DNA from: Octopus sinensis
Taxonomy: Eukaryota
NCBI RefSeq assembly: GCF_006345805.1
Contig: NW_021833706.1
Location: 9,926 to 73,925, forward strand
Reading direction: 5' to 3'
Length of the DNA: 64,000 nt
A model generated the notes under the pieces. The model was not told where the DNA came from. It was given only the letters and a program-made list of their open reading frames with translations, and did no database searches. Shown here piece by piece: positions 12,746-27,776 of the stretch (position 1 is its first letter; each line of letters starts with the position of its first letter). Made by a program: the position numbers and the translations under genes.

Positions 12746-14849
12746 TGCTGTTTTTGCAACTTTTGCACAGAATTTGCGTTTTAGAGTTTGAAATATGCCA
12801 TTAGCACATTTTAACGAACCCAAAAATTGCTTATGCCTAATACTGAGCGCTAATACTGTTCACTGGAAACGCCATGTTGAATGTTTCCATATATTCATTT
12901 GTCAATTTGCATTTCGTGCTTTCATATTACTTAATTATTATTCTTTTTCTCTAGCTTTTTACAAATCGAGCATTCTTATGGCACGCAATTAATCGGACAA
13001 AAAACGTGCTGCCACCCACAGATCCCTCTTTTCCACGGATACCTTCGTTTATCTGGCAGCCATTCTACAAACTCCCACATACAAGGAGCAATCATGCTGG
13101 ATAGAGTGTGAAAGACTCAACATGTTGCACTGATTCCACCTAATGTATATTTTATAAGTCGTCTTCCTTTCCTTACTAAGTCGTTTATGTGTGTTACAGT
13201 TATTGTATGCATGTATCTCGAAGCAAGTTCCTCTTCTGCGAGTTTGATAGTTTTATGTTACAGACGGAGATAATTTGTTGAACTCGATGTTTTGTGGTGT
13301 TGCTGTAGATTCGGTTGATGCTGTTCCTGAAGTTTACTCATATTTCTTGGTGGTTTCATATTTTATTTTGGCACATCAGTGTTCAGGGAACGATGAGAGG
13401 CTGCGTGTGTAATGTGACGCGAGGCTGTGTGTCTGTGATTTTTGAAGAAAAGCGGGAATATGTGAATGTAGGTTGAAAATAGTTAATCGTGGGACGTGTA
13501 CTTGTACCTTTCGAAAGTGTTTCTTGAAAACTTCAATGTTTAGTAACCTGACAGTAGTTAGGTAGTCAACATTTTGTGGTATTACTTCAGTGGATATCAA
13601 ATATCCTTTATTAGGTAATATCCGCATTGGATTGCAGAGCTTTCATCGCATCGATTGTAGTTACAATGATACGTATGGGAGTATTTTTTTTATTACACCA
13701 TCATGATTTAGTGATGTTAGTTATAAGCTTTATCGTGTTTTCTGAAGATTGATCATGAAAGGTGATATATTTGTACGGGTGTTTCTTTTGGGGATTGTTT
13801 TCATTTTAAGACGGAATACAACACACATTTAAACGAATCATCATTTTACTTCAACATTTAAATTTGATAAACTTAACCTCAATACAATGTATGCTAGAAT
13901 CATTCCCCGAGGATTATATCGTTCTGTTAAGCTATTTGTCACATTCTATGACGTCTCTGTTGTTTCGTTTTGAATATTTTCTGAAAAATTGTAGCAGAAA
14001 TTTATTTAACGACATATATTAGTTGGATAAAATATTGCGAAACACAATTACAAGAAACGTATATGTTGCTCTATTATATTATATTTTATGATTCGCCGAC
14101 ATAAAGTTTCATATAGAAACGAATGTAAATTTCTATTCAATATTGACTGCACAAAACGCAGGTTAATTCTCGACCATTGACATACGGTGGACATGGCAAT
14201 GAACCACAAGCAGCCTGAACGAAATATAATAGAGCTCCATTTTCGTTTCTGTAACCTGCTGGATCAGCTTCTGGTGCATAATCCAACACACACATATTCA
14301 TGTCTGCCCTTATGCTTATAATACTCGGTCATCAAATATCCCGAATCTAGCTGTCCCAACCAGGGTAACACTCGGGTAACACTTGTCTGCTGGTAACATC
14401 ATAACAACAGCAGGTGTCGTGTCAAACAGACAGCGCACGGAACGTTGTGATGATGAAGTGATTCAGCGTTAGCAAAAGAAAAGAGTAGTTGGGTAAAAAT
14501 TTAGTTCATATTCACTACCCATAAATGTAACCTCCTTCTTCAACTTCTGTAGTATAATTGGCCCAAATGGGATCGTTGGGTAGACACAAGAGATTACTTC
14601 CGCCACCAGTATGGCTATAAAGTTGTCCACCAACAACACCTAGAATTGGTAAGAATAAATCAAGTAAAAAAGATGTTAAGCAAAATTATATATGAAATAA
14701 CGGATACATTCATTACAATTTGACCCTTAAAAGGAGTCATGTTTAGTTGCGTGTGAACGAATTGTGGTGTATATGTTAGCGTTTATGTGAGTGTAAGCTG
14801 TCTGTTGTTGTATGCTGATATCATAGCTGTGCATTTGCATTCTCTTCAT

Positions 14850-14938
<89 letters not shown>

Positions 14939-14940
14939 AG

Positions 14941-15865
14941 TAAGCAACAAGGATATCCAGAGATAATGCAGTACGATTGTTTCATGCAACTCCATTTAAT
15001 TGAACAATACAATGATTGTATCAATTTAAAATATAGAGGAATCTTCAGCTGCACCAATACATAGGATTTAATTAAATTAAAACAGATTGACACATTAGTA
15101 TAATTATACCTAAAATTTCCAAGAAGTTAAGGAGATACACAAAGAACATGTTGTCTCTACTTCAGCATAGAAGTTAATAAAATTATCAAGAAATTTTTGA
15201 ATACTTATGAATACAATAAGTATTCAAGAATTTCTATCCTTTTGTTATAATATTCTTCTAAATAATTCTTTGGAAAACCCTAAACTTCAACTGTATTCAT
15301 AGCAACATTGTTTAAAATATTTAACTATAATATATGATAAGACCTTCCGTTTCATTGTCAATAGTCTGCCAGTGTGCGACCCCCTTAATTGTCATCTAAC
15401 ACCTTGTTTTAAGTTTTCCTTTACTAAACCTCATGGTATTGCTTATAATAATTCTTGATTTTTTATGACTATACCAACTAGAATGTCTATCTACTCCCTA
15501 AGCCCTCCCCCTAACAGATACTTCCCTATGTTCTCTCAGGCTTAGATATACAAAGGATTTGTAAATTAGTCTATAAATTAAAACTGACCCCATAATGACA
15601 AAAAATCAGTGGCAACCTGAGTCTTCTTGATAATTTTAGTAACTGCTATGCTGAAGTAGAGACAACATGTTCTATGTAAAATCTTGGAGATTTTAAGTAT
15701 AATTATACAAATGTGTCCATCTGTTGGAATTTAATTAAATCCTACGTATTTTGCAGCTGAAAATTGCTCTAAATTTTAAACTGATGTAATGATTGCATTG
15801 TTCAATTAAATGGAGTTGCATGAAACGAACGTACTGCATTAGTATCTGGATATCATCGTTGCTTA
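14941..15865. mobile_element. Same foldback element, copy B
   Basis: Homologous arms and core. Confidence 0.8.
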
Positions 15866-17989
15866 TTTTTAATTTTAATCACCTTAATTTGAAATAGTAT
15901 GGATAATGCCGTACTAAATTCTGGAGGCCACTCATTAAGTGCCATATTCATCCAATCATATATATCAATATATATATATATATCTATAATATATATATAT
16001 ATAATATAATATATATGTAAGTATATGTATATATATATTGTGTGTATACGGGTAAGTAGTTGGGGATATGACGTGGATTATTATGTAAGTTTGCATGGGG
16101 AAGTGTTTTTGCGTGGATGTTAATTGAAGGAGAAAAAGAAAGGAATTCGGTAACGCATGTACTCGTGTTTACCCGAAATGTAAGAGGTGTTCACGAGTGA
16201 ACGGGGATATTTTTCGTGATGGAGTCGGCGACCGATAAAATATACGTATAGGATATATGAAGAGCAGATTCACAGCATTTTTAAGGAACGTAAGGTTGAT
16301 TGGGGACGCAGTTTGTAGCAGCAGTTTTGAATTGGAAGTTTCGGAATTACCTTACAAAGATATACTGGATAATTAATGAGGTGATGTGGTGCATGAAAAG
16401 AGCAAGGTTTTAGCGATAGGACGATTTCGGTGAGGCGGAGAAGAATAGAAGTGCATTCTGTACTCTGTTGTGTTCTCTCACTAATATTTAGTCTCTCTCT
16501 ATTTTACTTAATGAATACAGTCCTTAGCTTTTTCCATCTGTTACAGTATGTGGCTTGTCCAGTCCTCATTCTACATTGTGCGTTCATTTCATTCAACATT
16601 TACAGTCACTGTCATCAATTCTAATAGACTCTATTCAATTTAGTCCACACCTACGATCATTGGGCACTCTAGTTAATGATAGTCACGTGGCCACTTTCAG
16701 CTCTGGTCACTCACGTACAATACCACCATCCGTAGCCAGTACAATTGATCACCAGTTAGCAGCCTCGGTATTTGATATCTATAATCCAAAGCTGGTCAGC
16801 CTGAAATTCTTGATCGCCATGGTGGTTTTCAGTCCAGCCCCTATCTGTAATTTAGCGTAGAGATATCGATATTCTGTGGTTAGACAACATCCTTTTCATT
16901 TGTTCCGTAGTAGACAACATATAATATTCTGATTTGACCAAATACCTAAAAAGGAGTAAGCAGTCTTGTGTAGTGTCTGTATAGTCTACAGGTATAGACG
17001 TTTGAAACGTGACATATCATATGAGGATTTGAGAATGTTTATGTCAGACAACCCGACAAAGAGTGTGTGTGCATGTGCGTGAGAGAGAGGGTGGGAGAGA
17101 AAGAGAGGGAAGAAAATGAGAGAATGAGAGGTATAAAAAGAGAACAAGAGAAATACAAGAAGAGAATGAGAGGTCAGAAATATAAAGTATACTAACCGTC
17201 ATATACAAGGTTTGAATAAGGAGGACAAGTTGTTCTGCCCCACCGGGTATACAATGATCCGAGACCGGGTTCTGTGAAATTAAAATGAAATAATGTAGTT
17301 TAAAAGAAAGAATTGGGGGATCATTTACAAAGTAGGATGTTGGATGGGAAGGAATTGATGGAGAAGAGAGAAATAAAGAATTTAAGAAAGAACGAGTGAA
17401 TGAATGAAAGTCAGAACGAAAGATGTAAATAATAAGAATAAATTGTAAAGAAAGAAAAAAGACATTTGTCTGTTGAGCCTGTTGGTGACGTTGATGTCAA
17501 AGATTTGAGAGATTAATCTCAGAATATCAGAATGTGTATCGGTCTTCGCTATGAACGGATGTATGTATGATACGTAAACTTGGGTATGTGTATATATACT
17601 TCTCAATAGAATAATGATAAAACTCAATAGAATAATGATAAAATATTCGCCAGGTGCGAATATTCATCGGTCAATTACAAATATCAGTTTGGAGCTCAGC
17701 GCAAACAAGTCCATCATAACTACAATATGAAAATAACAACCATACCGCATCATTTGTCGATAAATGTATAGCACACCCCACCCAATAATGGTGCAACCGG
17801 CAAGAAGCCTGCAAATTAATCTGGGGTGCGTGGGGTGGGAGCACAAAATTGACGGTCTCAGGAAACCAAAGCAGATCAAGAAGGGAAGAACCTTTAATAA
17901 TTGAGAATTAAAACGTCAAAATTGTTAGATAATAATCTGCCTGTAAGATATAATCGGTGTCTCTTCTACAAAATTTCCTTTCTCCGATA

Positions 17990-19500
17990 GCGTACACTTG
18001 GATATAGACTTGAAACTCCACGACGCAACTGTGGTGCCAATAATATCTGCACAGGTGGGATTAGGATAATCTCAATCCCCAGCTTTCGGACTGTATTATG
18101 GAGTGAAACCTACTAGGTGTGAGGGTTCACCTCTTGAAGCTAAGGTTGAATATGAAGGATCACAGTGGCTCTGTAAGTATATGCAGCAAACAGCGAGGTC
18201 AAATACAAATCCTTCCTAAGAAAATTCACCTCAGCTTTAGATATATTTGGGGTAAAGTCATTTGTCCCGCAAGGAGACTTCAGTGCACATCTTGGCACTG
18301 ATAACCGTGAGAAGGCTTGATTGGAAGGAATGTCGTCAGTGAACTTAATGGAGAGGTCATAGCAGCCTTCTGTGCAGGATACACACTCTTCTCTCTATGG
18401 TATAGAGATTATTTTAAGACAGGGATATTTATAAGGGTGCCTGGTATAGAAATACTTGGTGACAGAGGTTTTTGATAGATTTCGGTCATCTTTCACTCTT
18501 TGCTGAACGTTCGGGTAAGAGGAGGGGTGGAGTTGTCAACTCGTCACTACCTAAATGTCCAAAAACCTGAAAATTCCTACAGTCTGCCGAACACTGGAAA
18601 TTGGTAAGCCGTGGATGCTGGGATAAGAAACAAAAATGTGGAGACTTTTGCACCCAAATTGAGAATGACCATCCAGAATTAAGTTGGACATCGAAATGGA
18701 TTCGTGATTGTATTATGTTTTTCAGCAGGTTCTTCTTCGGTCGAACGCTTATTTGAGCTAAACTCACTTAAAAGTGTTAAAGCTGCTGGTGAAAAGCACG
18801 TTCGGCTTGATATTTTAGAAACCTTAAATACAGATGGTATTCTCTGAGTGACCCATGTAAGCTAGGTGGATGGGACCTCTGGAAAAAACACCAAGGCAAT
18901 GGTAATATGGGGTGACAATCGCAATTTCTTCAAACAAAGACCAAAGAGTGTGTTCTAATTATAGAAAAGTCTACACTAGATGTCAGGAAAAGATATGTAG
19001 GGAAATTTTCGTGGCCAAGATTACTGTCAGGGACGCAGTACACCCGACCATATAGTCATTCAAAGACAAATCTTCCAGCAAACATTGAAATATTTCCAAG
19101 GTTTATACGCTGTAAACCACGAAAAGGCAGGCGATCACGTGCCATGGGACATGTTGCGGATTTGTTTACGAGGAAGGTGATTTTACTGGGCAAATACTTG
19201 TCGCCATAAAGTACATATATGTATGTTCAAATGTTTGTATTTAAGCAAATGTCGAAAGTTTTCAACGTGAAGGTTTCACTTAGTTGAAGTGTGCATTGTT
19301 AGTGCCCCATTTCACGTTCTTTTTGTGATCTGGTTGAATATGCGCAGCCATTGTGGTAGAGGTATCCCAATTCATCTCTACGTGATCGGTCGACTGTTAT
19401 TTGTAGACGACATCCTGCTACCTGATTCGTCTGATGGTCACCAACAACATGCACTGAATGGGTTGGCTGCCGAGTACCCCAAGGCAGGATTGACAAATAC
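17990..19500 (+). mobile_element. RTE-LINE remnant, copy B
   Basis: Homologous to 4390-5870. ORF 19289-19696 contains RLLFVDDILL. Confidence 0.85.
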
Positions 19501-20720
19501 CGACTTTGTAGGAAAGTGGAACATCATTAGTTCGGGTTTCTATTCACGAATGATTGGAAGCACAAAAGTGGACAGAATGCTGAATTGTAGATATAAACGC
19601 AGTGAAGCGCCAGCTCGGACATTTGATTCTCAGATGAAGAGGTCTTGGCACAATTATCGACGTAGCACTGCATATATACTCATATACACACAATAAATGG
19701 CATAGTATATTAGAGTAACATTTTATTTAGAAATTATTGTAAAGTAGAATATATTTTGAAATAAATTCAGGCAAGCGTCTTAGTATATATTATTGTGGAC
19801 ATATGGATAATAATGTGGAACTAATTCAAAGTTGGTGAAATTATAAATCATTAGCTAATGAGTCACGGGTAAGAGACTTTAGCCATAAAATTAGTTCTTA
19901 CTTGGTGTGTCATCAGGTTTATCGTCGAGAGATTTCTTGGATATGAAACTGTTCTGTAAAAAAATAGAAATAGCATCATATAAATAGAACTTCAGGGTAT
20001 TTATAATCGTTTAGAACTTAAAACAATACAATGGATGACAACATATTCGGGCAGGTATCATTGCCAACAATACCATCTCAACCCCTTCGGAATCGTCTAG
20101 AAGGCGCTTCAATCCAGTCAAACGATTTTCTGAAGAATGTCAGAAAATACAATTCTGCATTTCAAATGACATCGTATGGTGAATCTAAGAAGATAGATAA
20201 ACATGAATTTACTCCGACGTCAAAGTTCAAGGGCAACTCTATCCCCTCATTGGTTCCCTGGTAACCGCAAATGAACAACCACAGTTCCTCCAAATTTACT
20301 CTATAAGTGGTGTAGGACAACAAACCTGACGTGTGGTGTCAAAATTTCCGATGATGGGTCGTGTTAGACACAGCGCACACTGCTGCAAAGGAGAGTATAT
20401 CCACTGACAGCATTTCGGTGCCTTCAAAAATCACACAAACCCCACCTCCAATTTTGCATGACAGGTTAGGGCCTGAAACACTCCAAACGGACACATAGCA
20501 TGTTGCTTAGTCGAATTAGCCCAGCATTTACTCTACAAATGTTTTGTTGTCAATGTTGCACTTTTCCATATCACCTGTTTCAAAATGACTGGAATATATT
20601 ATATACCAACTTTGCCATTTTAATCATTAGCAATGCCGGGTAATTCTACTAGTACACACGTACACACAGACACACACACAGACACACACACACATACAGA
20701 CATATACACACACATATTTC

Positions 20721-20765
<45 letters not shown>

Positions 20766-22370
20766 TGTATGTATATAGTTAAATTTAATCCAAACAAGAA
20801 AGCACAAAAAAACACAACAATGCGAGGACGTGGAACAAAGATAGTATTATTGGACGCCCAGGAAAGAAAGAAAGAAGAAGCGTTTAATGTTTCGGGTGAG
20901 ACTCTTCGTCGGAAACATACGAGATGGAAAGATCCAGAGGAGGGTAGACAGAGGAAAAAAAATCGCCAACGTTACACACGCGTCACATTTTGAATGACCG
21001 GAAGGAAATGGGTGAAGAAAAGTTCTTTCAAAGGCAGGAGAGTGGTAGAGGAGGAGGAATGTGTGTGTAAGTGTGGATAAGAGCGTGTGCGGAGGTCTGC
21101 GTGTGCGTGTGTGTGTCTGTGTGTATGTGTGCAATAATGACACGTGTGTGTGTATGTGCGTGTGTATGTGTGTGTGGTTGTGGCTGTTAATCTTTGCGTG
21201 TTTTAGGGTTAGTAGTGTTAAGGTCAAGGAAGAAGCAATTGGGCGTGGCTCCTTTTGTCTCTACCCCAGGTCAAGTAGTAGGTACTGCTAGTGTGAAGTA
21301 TGTGTGTGTGTGCGTGTATGTATATGTATCATGTGTGTGTTTTGTTTGTAGTGTGTGTGTGTGTGTATGTATGTGTGTGTTCGTGTGTGTACGCGTAGAC
21401 TTTGGGTATGTGGCCAATAACTTTGCTTTACTTAGTGTATGTGTGTGCGTGTGCTTGTACGTGCGTATGTGTGTACACATGTATGAAAAAATGTGTGCCG
21501 TGTGTATGGGATGTATGTTTGGGCTCATTTGTGTGTGTGTGTGTGTGTATGTGCGTGCGTGTTCGTAGGTTTGTAGTTGTGTGTGCATGTACGTGTGCGT
21601 TTCTATGTGTGTGTGTAAGTGTATATAGGTGTATATACGTATATCCGTGGGGTTGTGAGTTTTGGGTGTGTGCGTCCGTATGTGTGTGCTTGTTTTTGCG
21701 TGCGTGTGTGTGTCTGTGTCTATATGTGTATACGTATGTGTATGTGTGTGTGCGCGTGTAGGCGTATATTGTGTGCATGTATATGTATCGGTGTGTGTAT
21801 GTGAATTTGTACATGCGTGTGTGTTGTGTTTTTTGGAGTTGTGTGGGCGTAATGTGCGTGCGTGTGCTTGTGTGCGTGTGTGCGCTTAAGTACGTGTATG
21901 TGCGTGTGTGTCTCTGCCATGTGTGTATAAGTGTGTGCGTATCTGTATGAGTATTGTTCGTTAAAGGTATACGTGGGCATCTGTGCTGGTGTGTGTGTAT
22001 GTACGTGTGTATGTGTGTGTGCGTATTGTTTGTGTGCGTATGATGCATATATCTCCGTGATCACCGTCACTGAACAGTTGTTGCTACATATCGCTGGTCA
22101 CAATGCGCTTCGCGTTGTTTTAGCCTTTAAATGACGCCACCCGCTGGTTAAGCGAGCAGGCCAACAGAAGAAAGGGAGAAAGTTGTAGCGAAGAGTGATC
22201 ACAACAACCCAACTCACTGAGCTTCGTGGAGCATTAAACACTCACAACGCCCAGTCTGGGAATCGAAACCGCGATCCGGCAACCACGAGACCGCTGCCCT
22301 AACCCTTGGGCCATTGCGCCTCCACACAGACATATATATATATATATTATATATATATATATATATAATA

Positions 22371-22425
<55 letters not shown>

Positions 22426-22502
22426 GGTCCCGGGTTGAGTCGGGGTTAACCACAGTAAATAAGGTACTCAATACATAGCAGAGTAAATTAATTTATTATA
22501 GA

Positions 22503-22557
22503 AGGAGCTTCTACAGGACTAGAACTGTTTCATTCAAAAGAAATCATCAGGAAGCTC

Positions 22558-22559
<2 letters not shown>
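22503..22559 (-). ncRNA. Type I hammerhead ribozyme motif in a ~140-bp Penelope-like insertion, copy B
   Basis: AGGAGCTTC-CTGATGA-TTTCTTTTGAAT-GAA-ACAG-TTCTAGTC-CTGT-A-GAAGCTCCT: perfect 9-bp stem I, intact core, 4-bp stem III, GUA triplet. Stem II is TTC/GAA with a U.U mismatch at its base. Confidence 0.7.
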
Positions 22560-22595
<36 letters not shown>

Positions 22596-23921
22596 CATAT
22601 CAATATATAGGTATACACGTAAATATCACAAATATACGTATCTACTTATACGCATACACACACACAAACGCACACATATATGTGAGTGGACATACACTGT
22701 ATAGTGTGGTTGTTCGTGTACAATTGAGCACGTGTGTCTATGTGCGTGCGTATGTGTGTGTGTGTTTGTGTTTATTTGTGCGTGTGTTTGTCCGTGTGTC
22801 TGTGTGTATGTATTTACATTCGTTCTTAAATATTGTCATATATAAAAACCAACGTGAATTACAGTCAAACATTACGAAATTCACCGATCTACATTGGCAC
22901 TCGCACGTTTTATTTTCAGTTGGAAAGAAAAGATTCAAAAAAACTCGCCTCACTTCCGTTCCCGATGGAGAGAAATAGATAAATGTGTGTAAATATGTAC
23001 GTATTCCTATGTGTGCGTGTGTGTGTGTTTGCATGTGTCTGTTTCTGTGCGTGTGTGTAAGTGTACATCTAGATATAATACTTAACACTAATATTAATAG
23101 GGCTAAACGTTGCAGCGACAGGACATGGCCATGCTGGAACCCCACCATTAGATTTTTTTCATTACGCACTTATTTTCCTCTCCAGGATTATGTCTGGTGA
23201 AAGAGCGATCGGACAGGAGTACAATTCCACACTTCTTTGTGTTTACTTCGGATGTTTGTATATATGTATATATATATATATATATATATACAAAAAAAAG
23301 AAAATGGAGAAACATATCTAAATCAATTATCAACTATCAGAATACCCAATCAATACTTTATTAAAATTACATAACGGCATATACATATATATTGCAAATA
23401 TAACTAGACATGGAAATAGAAATAGAATATACGATTACATCATATCTGACAGATATATATATATATATCCATATATATATATATATATAATATATAATAT
23501 ATATATATATATATAATATATTAAGGTATGTAGAAAATACAACATGGACAAGAACGCATAACTCTTAGAAGACGATACAATAAACACGGACAGGACATTC
23601 GAAACCCTCAGTCTTCAGTCAAGAACCGATCATCGTGGTAATTTCGGCTGATTAATCTTGAGATTACTAGATCCGGCCAGCCCTCCAAGAAAAACTAAGC
23701 ACCGAGCATTAGAAAAACTAAGCACCGAGCATTAGAAAAACTAAGCTGGGAGCGTAGATTTCCTGGAAGAAGGATCGAATGCATACGAACACCGGGACAG
23801 CAAAAAGGACGACAATAAAAGGCAAAAAACAATAATGGAATACAGAAACATGAAATACAGAAACATTAACGGTGAAAACAACAAGTGTCTTACGACTGAT
23901 AACAAGCAAAGATATATATAT

Positions 23922-23988
<67 letters not shown>

Positions 23989-26041
23989 TGTATGTACATA
24001 CATACGTAACTATATATGTGTGTATGTATATATGATATGTATATATATATATATATTAATTTGTGTGTGTGCGTGTGTGTGTGTATAGCACACATGGTGT
24101 GTATGTATCTATGTTTTATGTATGTGTCTGTTATAGTCGCACCGCTATCGATTCTCAACTGATGTCGGTGTGTTTACGTCCCCGTTACATAGCCGATCGT
24201 CTAGAGATACCGATAGAATGAGCAATAGGCTTACAAGGAATAATTCCTGAAGTCGATTTGTCCTACTAAACGCAGTGCCCTAGCATGGCCGCAGTCAGAT
24301 GACTGAAACGGATAAAAGTATATATTTATATACAAACACACACACACACACACACACACATACATATATATATATAGATAAATAGAGAGAGAGAGATAGA
24401 CAGAGAGATAGACAGAGAGAGAGAGAGAGATGGACAGAGAGATACAGTGATAGATACACGCACGCATATATTTGTTTGTATATATATATCTATATATGTT
24501 CACGCACTAATATATTCATATATATGTATATTTATATATACATATATATGTATATTATATATACAAATATATGTATATGTGTATATACGTATGTTTAGGT
24601 GTGTGCGCCTGTGTGTTCGTGTGTGATTACGAGTGTGATCTTATGTGTGTGTGTGTGCTCCATAGGAACATATGTACGTGATTCATGCATACATCCTTAC
24701 ATTCATCCAGCCATCCGTACGTACATACATCCACATATTAATACATACATACGTAAATGCATACATACATACATGCATATATAAATACATAAAGACATAC
24801 ATATATTAACACAAAATCCATGACTTACCGTTTTCGATTTCTCTTCCATTTTTCCTATTCTTGAATCTTGATGAAGAATCACGATCGTCAGAACGAGAAG
24901 AACCCCAAAAGCTATGAGAGAAGAAATGGAATAACGCTGCGAAATATTCCTGGACAGTTGTGCGAAATCCATTCTGGTGACAGTTGTCGGTCGTAAGTGA
25001 TACTTCGTGTGGCTTCAACAAAAGATCGAGATGCGAGGTTTAAGCTGAAGACCTGTAACTGAATTCCACGTATTTATTGAGCGCACAACAACCCAGCTCT
25101 GGCATAGATCTTATCGTAAATTTATGAACCAATGCGATTGGTGGAACTGTAAAAGTGGGCGTGAACTTGTCTGACAGGTTTAATTATTGGAAAGAGATGG
25201 TTTGATATTGTCACACAATAATTAGCAAAATATTTTGATGAATGAGAGACACGTGTAAAGTGAAATGATTCCTGTTTCTATGATATATTATGATATATTT
25301 ATTTACTAATGTTGTTATTTAATTTTATTTGTTATTCTTGGGAAACTGTTTTAATATTCAGTGTGGGAAGTATTTCGTTCAACCAACAAAAACACAGACA
25401 CAAAGACACACACACACACACTGACACATACACTGATACACAAACACACACTGACACACAATGACACACACACTGAGAAACACACACACACTGACACCCA
25501 CACACACACACACACTGAGAAACACACACAAACACACACACACACACGCACACACACACACACACCGATACACACACACTGACAAACACACATACACACT
25601 GACACACACACACACACAGTCTGACATACACACATACACACTGACACACACACTGACATACACACACACACACACTGACATACACACACACACACACACA
25701 CACTGACACACACACACACACTAACATACACACACACGCACACACACGCTGACACACATACACACACTGACATACACACACACACACACTGACACACAGA
25801 CACACTCACACACACACACACTGGCATACTCAAACACACATACACACTGAAACACACACACACATTCACACACACACACATACACTGACACACACACACA
25901 CACACACACATACACACTGATATACACACACACACACACTGACACACACACTCACACACACTGACCCACACACCGTGACTCACACACACTGACACACACA
26001 CACGCTGACACACACACACACATCCACACACATGGACACAT

Positions 26042-26080
<39 letters not shown>

Positions 26081-27776
26081 CATACACACAAATATGCGGG
26101 AAAATGCGGGCACGTACGAGCCACCGCAGTTACTGTTGGGGCCCAAGGTTGAAGTCAACTCCTCTAGCGAAGTATTTATCAAAGTGAAATACCGAAGGTA
26201 GGTAACTCACGACAGACTACAGCCTGGCGCTCTAATGGCGTCACTTACTCGTTGTTGTTGACTATGTTTAAGTTAAAGCTATGGCTTTAAGTTTGTCCAG
26301 ATATTCCCCTCTTCGGTATTTTCTTTTGATAACGACTGAACTGGAACCCGATAGGGAGCAGCACTGGACTGATATGCTGTTTTTGCCGCTTCCCGCACTG
26401 AATTTGCCTTTAGAGTTTGAAATATGCCATTATCACATTTTAACGAACCTAAAAATTGCTTATGCCTAATACTGAGCGCTAATACTGTTCACTGGAAACG
26501 CCATGTTGAATGTTTCCATATATTCATTTGTCAATTTGCATTTCGTGCTTTCATATTACTTAATTATTATTCTTTTTCTCTAGCTTTTTCACAATCGAGC
26601 ATTCTTATGGCACGCAATTAATCGACAAAAAAACGTGCTGCCACCCATAGATCCCTCTTTCCACGGATACCTTCGTTTATCTGGCAGCCATTCTACAAAA
26701 CCTCCCACATACAAGGAGCAATCATGCTGGGTATAGTGTGAAAGGCTCAACATGTTGCACTGATTCCACCTAATGTATATTTTATAAGTGGTGTTCCTTT
26801 CCTTACTAAGTCGTTTATGTGTGTTACAGTTATTGTATGCATGTATCTCGAAGCAAGTTCCTCTTCTGCGAGTTTGATAGTTTTATGTTACAGACGGAGA
26901 TAATTTGTTGAACTTGATGTTTCGTGGTGTTGCTGTAGATTCGGTTGATGCTGTTCCTGAGGTGTACTCATATTTCTTGGTGGTTTCATATTTTCTTTTG
27001 GCACATCAGTGTTCAGGGTACGATGATAGTCTGCGTGTGTAATGTGAGGCGAGGCTGTGTGTGTTTGTGATTTTTGTAGAAAAGCGGGAAGATGTGAATG
27101 TAGGTTGAAAATAGTTAATCGTGGGACATGTACTTGTACTCTTGTCGAAAGTGTTTCGTGAAAACTTCAATGTGTTAGTAACCTGACAAGTAGTTAGGTA
27201 GTCAACATTTTGTGGTATTTCTTCAGTGGATATCAAATATCCTTTATTTGGTAATATCCGCAATTGGATTGCAGAGATTTCATCGCATCGATTGTAGTTA
27301 CAATGATACGTATGGGAGTATTTTTTTTATTAACCCATCATGATTTAGTGATATTAGTTATAAGCTTTTATCGTGTTTTTTGAAGATTGATCATGAAAGG
27401 GAGATATATTTGTACTGAGGTGTTTCATTTGGGGTTTGTTTTCATTTTAAGACGGAATACAACACACATTTAAACGAATCATCATTTTATTTCAGTATTT
27501 AAATTTGATAAATTTAACCTCATACAATGTATTCTAGAATCATTCCCTGGGGATTACATCGTTCTCTTAAACTATTTGTCACATTCTATGACGTCTCTGT
27601 TGTTTCGTTTTGAATATTTTCTGAAAACTTGTAGCAGCAATTTATTTAACGACATATATTAGTCGGATAAAATATTGCGAAACACAATTACAAGAAACGT
27701 ATATGTTGCTTTATTATATTATATTTTATAATTCGCAAACATAAATTTTCATATAGAAACGAATGTAAATTTCTGT

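Larger units (their letters stand above)
14137..24972 (-). pseudogene. Copy B: exons 1-3 intact, exon 4 frameshifted as assembled
   Basis: Exons at 24829-24972, 19902-19953, 17197-17271 and 14137-14639. Exon 4 has a 5-nt deletion near 14485, 1-nt indels near 14284 and 14414, and a short duplication (gggtaacactc) at ~14362-14382. Confidence 0.6.

Noticed and set aside
13050-13700. Possible Penelope GIY-YIG remnant in the inter-gene spacer (IHIFPLFYK-like)
   Set aside because: Similarity is too weak to support by eye.
23688-23746. 23-bp direct repeat x2.5, superficially CRISPR-like
   Set aside because: No spacers, eukaryotic context; it is a simple tandem duplication inside a repeat.
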